A DNA stretch of 63,768 nucleotides, the filler included, from Octopus bimaculoides (Eukaryota), in NCBI RefSeq assembly GCF_001194135.2. It is 4 parts of 4 records of this genome, joined end to end, with 100 filler letters (N's around TTAATTAATTAA, not from the genome) between each part and the next. Parts side by side here need not be neighbours in the genome. Positions count along the whole stretch, not along the records: positions 1 to 28,006 come from NC_068994.1; positions 28,107 to 53,603 come from NC_068983.1; 2 more parts are not named here. One strand, given 5' to 3'. The translations under genes and the position numbers were made by a program. Shown one piece after another: positions 24,595 through 35,820 of this stretch. Under the pieces are notes generated by a model. That model was not told the origin of the DNA, searched no databases, and worked only from the letters and a program-made list of their open reading frames with translations. Positions within the stretch are counted from its first letter, which is position 1. Each line of letters begins with the position of its first letter.

Positions 24595-24775
24595 TGTCTC
24601 ATTGAACCCGCTGGAAATAGCAGCCAAATCACCTTCAAATCACGTTCATACTTGTAGAAAGAACATATTAGATAATGGAGTCCTATATGAACCAATGAAA
24701 TGGAATGGTCATGGTTAGAATGCCTTTGAACATATGTCTGCTTTATCAGAGTTGATCGGGATGTTAATAGAACAA
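24595..24775. mobile_element. Unclassified interspersed repeat
   Basis: CCCGCTGGAAATAGCAGCCAAATC...ATGGTCATGGTTAGAATGCCTTTGA...GATCGGG; related reverse-orientation fragments near 42510-42660 and 4345-4425. Confidence 0.5.
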
Positions 24776-25769
24776 CATCAACAGCAGAATTTTTTTTAAA
24801 AAGCACGATATAACACCACTCTGGGTTATTAAAATCTTGTGTTGCCGTCTTCTAAAACACGATGATTCCATTAGTTGTATTGCAGTTTGACTTGACATGC
24901 GATTGATTTCATGAACCATCATTATGCACAGTCTAAATCGAATAATGCGGAATTAATCCATATATAATAGGCAAAAGCATTTCGTTTACAGAACCTAGTT
25001 AAGCGGGTCTTTCGGAGCTAAATTCCTTGGTGTGTACGAAGTGCAGCAAAGCAACGGAAAAGGAACCCTAAATATCTCCAGTTGTATATCCATCAAATCG
25101 TCCATCAACAGTTCTTTGGTTTTCAAGGAGCCTAATAAACTGAATTAATGACAAAGCGAAGGTTTACATATGGAAGGCAGCCTATTAATTTTAGATCTAC
25201 ACACCTCGACTTATCTCACTAAACATAATGAAATAAAACATTGTGTTTCATGCCTGAGTGAACTGTTTAAGAGAATTTGGTAGTTGTATTTTAACGTAGA
25301 TATTTTATTGACATGATATTAAACGAATATAATGTAAATGACAAAATATTTCAACAGCAGAAAGAAGTTGCATGTACACAAACTCTTAAACATTGCGAAA
25401 AAGAAAACCATGATATATAGGTTACACGTTGCGGAAAGCGAAAAGAGAATTAGTCATCATAACATTATCATGAAGAATTTAGAATATTCAGGCAAACTTT
25501 ACTACCAGTTAAAATAAAAACTCCATGATATAAATATAACGAATTCATTTATTACCGGAGCTGATTTTCATTTCTAATAAAAAAATATCACAAAAATATT
25601 GTCGAAAATACATTTAAAAGTGAAAGATATAATAACCAAGGCTTCCAAGAAGGATTTTCCCCACGAAAAGTGTATGGAGTGCATACACTGATAAACATAA
25701 AATAACAAAAAGCATAATCATATGAACATATTCAGCGTATACAGGTGATGGCAATCAGTAGGGTGTTTT

Positions 25770-26014
25770 TTACATCACTGTATGTGTAAGACAATCGTTT
25801 TTCAAATAAATTGACAATTCCAATTCTACTGAAAGGCGCGAGGTGCAAGTTTGTTCTACTAACGTTAGATTCCCGTTCTTTCTAACAGCATAAAAATTGA
25901 TTCCACGGGTTGTATTTTTGTCTGTCATAAACTTAGATAACCCAAGTCTTCTGAATAAAATTGGTTGATGAAAGTGTATTGAAGCCAGTCTATAATTCAA
26001 AAGCCCAGATGAAT
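25770..26014 (-). CDS. Candidate terminal coding exon of an unidentified gene
   Basis: CAG acceptor (phase 1), then (D)SSGLLNYRLASIHFHQPILFRRLGLSKFMTDKNTTRGINFYAVRKNGNLTLVEQTCTSRLSVELELSIYLKNDCLTHTVM*; in-frame stop just upstream of the acceptor; minus-strand AATAAA near 25550. Confidence 0.45.
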
Positions 26015-26464
26015 CTGCATGATTACATTAAATGAACAAGCATCTACGAAATACTCGGCCATTTATATCAGAATGCAACATAGACTCTATCTGTAATTCA
26101 CAGTTATAGTCATGCTGCATCTTCCTGGAGATTATGTTCAAGACACAAATGTCGGTGGGATACTGAACCACTTACAAGGTAAAGCAGTGAGTAGATAGTT
26201 CCGTTGACTGAACACCTAGAATACTCATCGACGAAAAGGATGGAGTAAGAGAATAAGAAGTACAGTCATAGGATTAAGGTTTATTCATAGGTTAACCTGT
26301 GACTCGGGGAATGTTGCACAGGTGTACACTAATGGTGTCCTTAGTAAAATGATGATGATGATGATGAGGAGGAGGAGGAGGAGGAGGAGGAGGAAAGATG
26401 TAGAAACAGGTTCTTCATTGTTACCTCCCAAATATTTTCACTGAATACATAATGGTGTTGAATG

Positions 26465-26582
26465 CCCTTTTTTTGTTTTTGAATCGAGCCCTTGGACTCA
26501 AAAGGTCGGTTACCCGGTTCCCATGGCATATAAATGACTCAGATCACAACATTTCCTTGAACGAGACGCCGGTCCGTTGCAC
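26465..26582 (-). mobile_element. SINE 3' part (same type as 11105-11206)
   Basis: GGTCGGTTACCCGGTTCCCATGGC...CCTTGAACGAGACGCCGGTCCGTTGCA aligns with 11119-11206. Confidence 0.55.
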
Positions 26583-26612
26583 GCTCAAAGTCAGTAGTTC
26601 TTTTGAGAAAAA

Positions 26613-26775
26613 GGATTAAGTTGACAATATCGACCCCCTGTACTTGGCTGGTACTTTATCGATCCCAAAGGGATAAAAGGCAAAGTTGACCTTTGAGCTC
26701 AGAACACGAAGAGATGAAGAAATGCCGCTAAGGATTTTGTCCGATTTGCAAAGAATTCTGCCAGTTTGCCGCCTT
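26613..26775 (-). mobile_element. SINE family A
   Basis: Reverse complement AAGGCGGCAAACTGGCAGAATT...GGTCAACTTTGCCTTTTATCCCTTTGGGATCGATAAAGTACCAG. Confidence 0.8.
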
Positions 26776-26980
26776 ATCAAATGTCATACATGTCAAATAT
26801 TTAAGCACTTAGTTGCAGCCAGGTCCATATGAATTTAAAGTCATGGCCGAGTTAACATATTCCAATCTTCAAGGATCAATAAAATAAAGGATCGATCATC
26901 GATTTAATTATTCCAAGACTACAAATCTCCGCCGTATAGATTTATAGCATTATTCCAAAGTAAAGAATCCATTTCCTCAC

Positions 26981-27092
26981 CCATCCAGCAATATTTGTGA
27001 GTAGTTCCGGGTTGTGTGTGATTCAGTTTCAGAGTATAAACACACAAGTATTCACGTAAAATCACAAATAAACATCCAAAAAGTATGAACTT
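26981..27092 (-). CDS. Candidate coding exon, phase-compatible with 25770-26014
   Basis: TAG acceptor, 112 nt KFILFGCLFVILREYLCVYTLKLNHTQPGTTHKYCWM+G, donor GTGAGG; phase-1 end restores a D codon with the downstream exon; weak polypyrimidine tract. Confidence 0.4.
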
Positions 27093-27542
27093 CTATTTTG
27101 TAGTAACATTTACAGAATATTTTGTAATGATATATGAATAGGAACAACAGCTTGTCTGCAGTTATAGCTGTTTAGTTAAGGGCTTCACTCCGATGTAGTA
27201 CAAATAGTCTAAATATTCACGGAATCTTTGTCCTAGCTCGAGTGAGGTGGGGGATTGTAGGTAGTGATGCTAGTAATATCGTTGTTATTGTTGTTGTGTA
27301 ACACCAGTTCAGCCACCTCCAAAAAGAACCTATGAGGAAATACACTCCCAGCACAAACAACTCGTCTTTCTAAGAGATATTTAGTTGCTAGTTTTGGAGG
27401 GTCGGACAACCACGTAGTGGTTCTGTGTTTGACTCGTTGGTGATTCTATTTCTTTGTTGTTGTGGTTGATGGATGAGGAGTGAGGAGTATTATTAGTGGT
27501 TTTGTTTGTGGTGGTATGGTTTTATACGATTATGTTTTATAC

Positions 27543-27573
<31 letters not shown>

Positions 27574-27574
27574 T

Positions 27575-27840
27575 ATCCGAACTGTACAGTATTATATATA
27601 TCCATTACGGTCAATCTTAATCAGTTTCGCACTAAGGATTCGACAGGATGTTAGGTAACAATCCAATTATGTATCCCTACGCTCATCAGAGGTAGCCGAT
27701 ATGGAATGAAATATCGGCTACCTCTGATGAGTGAAGGGTTGCATAATCGGATTGTTACCTAACTTTCCATTGAATCCATAGCACGAAACCGAATTGTAAG
27801 ATTGGCTGTAATGGATATATAATACTGTATACTTCGGATA
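27575..27840. mobile_element. Fold-back element with an HHR-like core in each arm
   Basis: Arms 27575-27702 and 27711-27840, loop GGAATGAA; 21-bp perfect inner stem CTCATCAGAGGTAGCCGATAT; CTGATGA-GTG...CAC-GAAAC on the plus arm (27724-27789). Confidence 0.75.
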
Positions 27841-28050
27841 TTATATCCACTCTATTAACAGATATACGAGTGCACTTTTTTCTTGACTTACGGACTCTTA
27901 AACGACTTACACACGCGCACGCACGCACACATACAGCATACATGCATACATACATACATACATACATACATTCATACATACATACATGCCTATATATATA
28001 TATATANNNNNNNNNNNNNNNNNNNNNNNNNNNNNNNNNNNNNNNNNNNN

Positions 28051-28062
28051 TTAATTAATTAA
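28051..28062. other. Assembly spacer TTAATTAATTAA inside an N gap (also 53648-53659 and 59248-59259)
   Basis: Identical 12-mer with stops in all six frames, flanked by Ns at three places. Confidence 0.9.
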
Positions 28063-28637
28063 NNNNNNNNNNNNNNNNNNNNNNNNNNNNNNNNNNNNNN
28101 NNNNNNTATATACATACATACAAACACTCACACACACACGCACACACAGAGAAATTCCTCCACTATCGCGGGTGCTATGTTCCAAAAGATCACAATAGAT
28201 AAAATCTGCGAAGTAGAAACAGTACTGTACTATATATTTTTTTTTAATTATTTTTATAATTTGTATATATTTATTTTATTACAAATGCAATCAGTACCAC
28301 ACACTCACCTCCCGAGTTTCGTTTTCCATACCATATGTGCGATTCTTTGTTTACTTATCTACGGTGCAGCACGTATTTTCTTTTAATGTGTTATACAGCG
28401 CAGTACTATAGTGTATGTATTTTTATTTATTAATTCATTAATTTTTAGGCGTGAAAATTCTTATTTCACCACAGAAATAATTATAATCTACAAAATATAA
28501 ATACCTGTCGGCCATAGAAACTCGCTATATACTGAAGAGTCTGCGATATAAATTTATATATATTAGCCAGAAAAATCCGCGATGTACTGACGGCGCGATA
28601 GGTGAACCACGTTATGGTGAGTGACTACTATATTAAA

Positions 28638-29491
28638 TGGGCCACCTTCGGTCATGGCTGACCATGGCTATCACGTCCGTCCATTTATTGTCTAGGTTGG
28701 GCCACTCGGCTTCGGCAGCACCTCCTGTGGCTATGGAGACCAATGCGAGAATAACAGTCTCGGTCGCATAGATCGTATCTGTGCGTGGATTCTGGCACAC
28801 GTCCTTGTACTTCAGCTGCGGGCGGCCCTTATTTCACTGTCCTGCTGTGAGTTCTCCGTAGAGAATGTAGTTTGGGATTCGGCCATCCTCCATACAGCGA
28901 ACGTGGCCTAGCCAGCGTAGTCGACGTCGTCTCAGCAAGGTGGACGTGGAAGGGAGGCCAGCACGAGTCAGGACGTCGGTGTTGGTCACCTTGTCCGCCA
29001 GAAGATGCCGTTGGTTTCTGAGATGGAAGCTGTTCAGCTTTTTTTCCTGACGGGCGTATGTGGTCCTTGTCTCGCTGCCATATAAAAAAAGGTGCTGAGG
29101 ACATAGGCATTGTACACAGCCATCATTGTTTTCACTGTCAACTTTGGGTTTGTCCACACTCTTGATGTAAGGCGCGCGAGCGTAGTGGCTGCTTTCCCAA
29201 TTCTCTTGACAATCTCGGCATCGTGAGAGAGGTTGTCAGTGATGGTGCACCCAAGATAGGTGAATTGATGAACAACTTCAAGTTCGTAGCCATCGATGGT
29301 GACGGCTGGTTGTGCTGGTGTGCCTTGCGCCAGGACGTTTGTCTTCTTCAGACTGATGGTCAGCCCAAATCCTTTCAGAGCTGGGAGAAGCAATACATTA
29401 GCAGCTGCATCTCTCGTTGGGAGTAGGTCGTAACTGCAGCGTCGTTAGCAAATAGAATGTCTCTGATGATAGCTTCACAGACCTTTGTCCT
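28638..29491 (-). mobile_element. RTE-clade (BovB/RTE-1-like) LINE, 5'-truncated, 3' end retained
   Basis: RDILFANDAA...GFGLTISLKKTNV...FTYLGCTITDNLS...RIGKAATTLARLTSRVW...LYGSET...RRLRWLGHVRCMEDGRIPNYILYGEL...CDRDCYSRIGLHSHRRCC, then tail CCATGGTCAGCCATGACCGAAGG. Confidence 0.92.
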
Positions 29492-30169
29492 CTCTTATAT
29501 TCATGGAGATGATGTTACATATTTTTGGGCTGCTGATTTTCAATATCTAAACCTTTTTGCTCCCTCACATAAGGATGCTGAATAAAATACAAATTAATAA
29601 TTATAAAAAATTCGCATTTTCAATAGATTGTTACTTTATTAAAATGAAGCAAGTAATTAAGTAATCATTCTGTTAGTTTTAAGAACATGTTTTTCAAATC
29701 AACATTAAATGAACCACGTTCATCATGAAATGAATCAGAATTATCAACATGAAACCAAATGATTGTAAAAAAATATGCTCCTAATGGTTACCCTACATAT
29801 TGATTCAAAGGAAAGAGGACCGCTTTGATTTCCGCTTGTGCTGTGCATCGGGACCATCACGTTTCTATTCTTTTTATATTTATATTTATATATATAAATA
29901 ATAGACGTATAGTAAGTAGTTAAATGAGAAGTTAATATAAAAATCAGAATACGCACGTTAAGTATAAAATTAGGACGCGAGAGAAATACAAATGGGAAAG
30001 AAAATCAGAAAGAATAAGAGGATGGTGACATTGTGAGCAATTATATCTATGAGAATTACTACAACAATAGAGACAATATAAGAGCTAGAGTTTCAAGGAA
30101 ATTAATGTTAAAGAGCGGTAGAATACGTGGTATTAATAGACATTACTGAGCAAGTTTAAAATAAACAAA

Positions 30170-30640
30170 TATCTAATTTTATGCAAACATTGCATTTTAG
30201 ATTCGCGTGTCTTATTACACAGGGCACCTGGTTATTTTAAGATCTCAAGATTTCATATAATTCAGTTTAGCACAGTGTACAGCCGTACCAGCTGTCCGAG
30301 CGCGTTGATGTCTTTGTAACTATCCTCCAGGCAATTTCGAATTGAGAATTACTATAATTTAACTGTCACTTTTTTTCTGTCAATGATGTAACACCAGCTT
30401 TATTGTGATTTTTGAATGATGTAAAATAATTACAAAATCTTGACTTGAAGTTTCAGGTTGTTGAATATCGGTTATTTGCATCAGTTATTCCAGCAAACAT
30501 ATAATCCATATTCCTAGTTAAACAGGAATTATTAATATATCTTTGTTACGATAGTTGCACATGCCAGGGGTTACCAGGTTTAGGATCGTTATTATCATAC
30601 AAGTTAGGTGTAGCATTAAAATTAATTGAATAACTCGATG
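30170..30640 (-). mobile_element. Penelope-like element GIY-YIG endonuclease remnant
   Basis: One frame with stops: CLTRNMDYMFAGITD...YSTT*NFKSRFCNYFTSFKN...TSLTEKK*QL...FEIAWRIVTK...GCTLC*TE, the PLE endonuclease pattern. Confidence 0.7.
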
Positions 30641-31250
30641 ATATAATAACATTACTTTTATTGTTAACCTTACTATTATTACTAACAGTAACGGGGGCGA
30701 ATGCAGTCTAACTGGACAAGCGTAGGCCTATGATATTCAATTAAATCAGATTTATAGTGGTTGTCATTTAGTTCATTTGTACCCGTATAATTATTACTAC
30801 ATATTTTCTCAGCATTGACTCCCTCACTACTGTGTATGCGTGCCGGATTAGGTTTATTTATATCAACATCATGTAAGTGACTTTAGTAGCAGGTTTACAG
30901 CTTCTTAAGCAGCAGCTCTTTGGTGCTGTTATTAGACTATTTGGGCTCAACACAACTGATATTTTCCAGCCTCTCCAAAACAATTTCATTTCTAAAATTC
31001 TTCAGTATCATGATAACTTTAGTGTGATTGACGATTATTTCCTCCTGTATACATTCAGTAAGAGATAAGGACAGGGAGAGAGAGATAAAGAGATAGAGGC
31101 AAAGAGAGATTATATAAATCTGTATTGGTCTAGGAGTGGATATACCTATACATAGATAAAGAGGGTCAGAGGAAACGAAAGGCTGTGAAAATAACTATAT
31201 ATAAAATACTGAGAACGATCATTATGTGTATGCTAAATATATATCTATAA

Positions 31251-31406
31251 TACAGTTCTATATTTAAGAGATGAGGAAATATGTACATTATTTACATTAT
31301 TTACAATTGACGGGTATTTGTGCTCATCTTGAAATACACCCCAGCCGTCATCAGGTGTCTTGGGGAAATTTCGAACCTGGGTTCTCATTCCTAAGGTATT
31401 TTTCGA

Positions 31407-31475
<69 letters not shown>

Positions 31476-31580
31476 CCTCACTGCCTGGAATCGAACTCGG
31501 AATCTTAGAGTTAAGAGCGAGGGCTACTAACCCCAAGATTCCGACTTCTATTCCAGGCGATCTTAATAATAATAATAATA

Positions 31581-31668
<88 letters not shown>

Positions 31669-31824
31669 TATCGAAAAATACATTAGGAATGAGAACCCAT
31701 GTTCGAAATTAACCCAAAACATCTAATGAAGGCTGGAGGGTGTATCAGCCGAAACGTTGTTTTAACAACAAGCAAGATGAGGACAAATATCCGTCAATTG
31801 TAAATAATGTAAATAATGTATATC
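31251..31824. mobile_element. Fold-back composite retroelement: tRNA-like head, (AAT)n, HHR-bearing PLE-type tail, in two inverted copies
   Basis: Outer ends TACATTATTTACATTATTTACAATTGACGG and CCGTCAATTGTAAATAATGTAAATAATGTA; (ATT)n 31409-31473 versus (AAT)n 31564-31670; B box GAGTTCGATTCC on minus 31487-31498; HHR boxes at minus 31348-31354 and plus 31723-31758. Confidence 0.85.
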
Positions 31825-31868
31825 TATAGTCTTTCGGCAGATATATTCCCATGTGCACTTAGGTCAAC

Positions 31869-31919
<51 letters not shown>

Positions 31920-31922
31920 GTG

Positions 31923-31976
<54 letters not shown>

Positions 31977-32732
31977 AAAGAAAAAGCGTAAGAGTTTTCA
32001 CTTTTTTATACCATAATGAGTGGGTGAGAAGAAAAATCGAGTGACATTAAGCAATTAATTAAATAATTAGATTACTGAAACAGATAGCACAGAGAGAACT
32101 AAGTTTTCTTGAGAACTATGCTATCCTGTTNNNNNNNNNNNNNNNNNNNNNNNNNNNNNNNNNNNNNNNNNNNNNNNNNNNNNNNNNNNNNNNNNNNNNN
32201 NNNNNNNNNNNNNNNNNNNNNNNNNNNNNNNNNNNNNNNNNNNNNNNNNNNNNNNNNNNNNNNNNNNNNNNNNNNNNNNNNNNNNNNNNNNNNNNNNNNN
32301 NNNNNNNNNNNNNNNNNNNNNNNNNNNNNNNNNNNNNNNNNNNNNNNNNNNNNNNNNNNNNNNNNNNNNNNNNNNNNNNNNNNNNNNNNNNNNNNNNNNN
32401 NNNNNNNNNNNNNNNNNNNNNNNNNNNNNNNNNNNNNNNNNNNNNNNNNNNNNNNNNNNNNNNNNNNNNNNNNNNNNNNNNNNNNNNNNNNNNNNNNNNN
32501 NNNNNNNNNNNNNTATAAAAGGAGAATAATAATAATAATAACAATAATAATAATAATAATAAATGATTTGGACAAATAAGTCTAAGTTGATTAGTGTGTT
32601 TAAAATGTGAAGTAGAGCACCGGCACAATTTACGCTACCTGTTCTCATCCGCAGTTGTAGTACATTTCCATAGGCAGTTAGGGTGATAGTGTTAATTAAT
32701 AGGAGATAGATTTCATATTAGACCTTTAATGG

Positions 32733-32778
32733 GTACAACATATGTTTCGACCTATCAGGCAGGGGTCTCTTCAGGTAC
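32733..32778 (-). ncRNA. Minimal type I hammerhead ribozyme (PLE/retrozyme type), core intact
   Basis: Reverse complement GTAC-CTGAAGA-GACC-(11 nt)-GGTC-GAAAC-ATAT-GTT-GTAC: stem I 4 bp, stem II 4 bp, short stem III with palindromic loop, GUU triplet. Confidence 0.7.
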
Positions 32779-32954
32779 ATCGATAAAGATGTCTGGTTAC
32801 AGATTTCGAGCGTCGGTTGAGTTGTTGTTGTTTTTATTCATTCCCCAACCTGTTGAGCCTATAACAACCCAGCTGTCACTAAACTTCTGCTGTGAGACAT
32901 TCTTATCAATGAACCTGAAGAGACACAGACTTACGAATCGAACCATATGTTTGT
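32733..32954. mobile_element. Fold-back PLE-type element with inverted HHR-bearing arms
   Basis: 32733-32794 is inverted with 32895-32954 (AGACATTCTTATCAATGAACCTGAAGAGAC...GAACCATATGTT, a decayed copy); spacer about 100 nt. Confidence 0.7.
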
Positions 32955-33686
32955 AGCCAATGAAGTTCTAATACGAAATCCATCTCTTATTAATATATAC
33001 ATGCGCGTGTGAGTGTGTGTGTGTGTGTGTCTGTGTGTGTGTGCGTGTGTGTGCGTGTGTGTGTGTGTGTGTGTGTATGTGTGTGTGTGTACGTAAAATG
33101 TTGATGGATCTGTCAAAGCTTTTTATTTTAGTAAGAAATTACTATATATGCATGTGTGACGGTGTATGTGTATGAGTGTAAACTTTTGAATCCGTTTACA
33201 GCACGAACATCGCTAGTCATTATTCATAATAATACGAAATCTTAACACATTATGTANNNNNNNNNNNNNNNNNNNNNNNNNNNNNNNNNNNNNNNNNNNN
33301 NNNNNNNNNNNNNNNNNNNNNNNNNNNNNNNNNNNNNNNNNNNNNNNNNNNNNNNNNNNNNNNNNNNNNNNNNNNNNNNNNNNNNNNNNNNNNNNNNNNN
33401 NNNNNNNNNNNNNNNNNNNNNNNNNNNNNNNNNNNNNNNNNNNNNNNNNNNNNNNNNNNNNNNNNNNNNNNNNNNNNNNNNNNNNNNNNNNNNNNNNNNN
33501 NNNNNNNNNNNNNNNNNNNNNNNNNNNNNNNNNNNNNNNNNNNNNNNNNNNNNNNNNNNNNNNNNNNNNNNNNNNNNNNNNNNNNNNNNNNNNNNNNNNN
33601 NNNNNNNNNNNNNNNNNNNNNNNNNNNNNATATATATGCATATATATGTAAATATATATGGATGTGTATACACATGCACACGCATG

Positions 33687-33737
<51 letters not shown>

Positions 33738-33739
<2 letters not shown>

Positions 33740-33890
33740 CAAATAATAAATGAGTATACGCATATATACGTACAGGTACGTGCATACCTACGTCTACCTG
33801 TATATATAAGTGCATATCTGGGTACAGGACATTGCAAACAAAACGTAGACAAGAAAATAATAATAACCAGAGTACAGAAAACACACAGGC
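33738..33890. repeat. 153-bp direct repeat, copy 1
   Basis: Ungapped match to 34563-34715 with 6 substitutions, all transitions. Confidence 0.9.
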
Positions 33891-34562
33891 CACATAGAGA
33901 ATATTTCCTTCATCAGCTACCCCCATTTTAACACGGGCGTTTCGAATAGTAGGGCAGGACGCATCGTTAAAATGACTCTTCCCATGGACCACAAATTAAA
34001 TTTGTATACACAAATTAAACTGTGCCATGGAGCAATGTAGTGCCGGACAAAAAAACAAGACAAGAAAGCAAACGGAAAAGAAAACAAGACAGGAAAACAA
34101 ACAGAAGAGGCTATGCGGCCAGGCGTGAATAATTATGTGTATATGAACGCTGTGGGGCACGAACTGAAAGCGGGACGAAGTAAGTTCGCGTGTTTGCTCG
34201 GCGATAACCAAGGAAGAAAAGGATTAGTGACCGGAAACATGTGACCAGGGAGGGGTAAGGAAGAGAGAGAGTGTGGTAGAGGGAGAAACAAGGGGAGGAA
34301 GTAGAAGAATAGGTGAGCAGCGAGAGAAAGAGAGGAAGAGAGAAATATAGTAGTAACAGAAGGAAGAACAAGATGGGAAAGAGAGAGATATAGTAGTAAC
34401 AGAAGGAAGAACGAGAGGGGTAAAGAGAGATACGTAGTAGTAACAGAGGCAGAACAAGAGGGGGGAAAGGTCATAGAGATAGAGATAGATAGAGTGGCGT
34501 CAGAAAATATAAAGTTTTAAAAAAACTACTTATAGGGATGACGCAGGCGTTCGATCATGTAA

Positions 34563-34715
34563 AACAAATAATAAATGAGTATATGCATATATACGTACAG
34601 GTATGTGCATACCTACGTCTACCTACATATATAGGTGCATATCTGGGTACAGGACATTGCAAACAAAACGTAGACAAGAAAATAATAATAATCAGAGTAC
34701 AGAAAACACACAGGC
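34563..34715. repeat. 153-bp direct repeat, copy 2
   Basis: Ungapped match to 33738-33890. Confidence 0.9.
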
Positions 34716-34952
34716 AGAAAAATACAAAAGACGAAGACAGGTCTATGAACAACGAGCAGGTCTATCAGTTTGAGGCTAGAAAAAGGTGAGAAAGTCTTTA
34801 ACGGTTCTACCCTACGCTCTCCAACAGAAAGGAATATGAGGGGGAAAAAACAGGGAGAGAATAAAAAACTTGTGGATTTAGAGAAATAGATAAATACATA
34901 AATATATACATGCAAACGTACGTAATATGTCAGAAATATATAACATCTATAG

Positions 34953-34989
<37 letters not shown>

Positions 34990-35183
34990 NNNNNNNNNNN
35001 NNNNNNNNNNNNNNNNNNNNNNNNNNNNNNNNNNNNNNNNNNNNNNNNNNNNNNNNNNNNNNNNNNNNNNNNNNNNNNNNNNNNNNNNNNNNNNNNNNNN
35101 NNNNNNNNNNNNNATATATGTGTATATATATATATGTATATATATATGTATAGATGTTATATATTGTATAGATGTATAGATGT

Positions 35184-35221
<38 letters not shown>

Positions 35222-35753
35222 AATATACACCCATGCATATATACATTCATTTATGCATTACTTTTCAGCAGAAAATTTTCGATGGTAAAATGGGATATTT
35301 GAAATGCATATGTTATGTGGAATAGGAAAATTGCATATGCTGTAATTGTATATTTCTCCAGTCTTTTTTTAGATAATGAAATAAAGATTTCATTATGCAA
35401 GGCAGATGAGAAACGACAAAATCGTGCTTCAAATATAAACAGGAACAAATATATTTCTTTTAAATTGCTCACATGCATAGACGAACTAATTTATGTACAC
35501 ACACATATGTATATGTAAACACGCACACAGACATACACACACATATATATGTACGCATCCATGTGTAAAACACATGCGTATAAATATGCATATATACATA
35601 TAGATAGATCAGACAGACGGACAGAAAGACGAACAGACAGACGGGCGGACAGACGGACGGACGGACGGACGGATAGCTGACTGGCTGGATGGATCGAGGT
35701 AAGAAGGAATGGAGAGTGCAGGAGGGAGGGATAGATAGATAGATAGATAGATT

Positions 35754-35820
<67 letters not shown>

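Noticed and set aside
28051-28062. Recurrent palindromic TTAATTAATTAA (three sites)
   Set aside because: Always embedded in Ns and has stops in all six frames: a scaffolding spacer, not biology.
29790-29860. Possible first exon (MVPMHSTSGNQSGPLSFESICR|GTAACC) for the 25.8-27.1 kb model
   Set aside because: Phase-compatible, but it lies between an RTE and a PLE remnant and has no independent evidence.
33909-33945. GAAAC and CTGATGA boxes on the minus strand as a type II hammerhead
   Set aside because: The triplet would be GUG, and no helix I or II can be drawn.
34790-34835. CTGTTGGAGAGCGTAGGGTAGAACCG (minus) as an HHR
   Set aside because: Both boxes and stem II are altered; too decayed to support a call.
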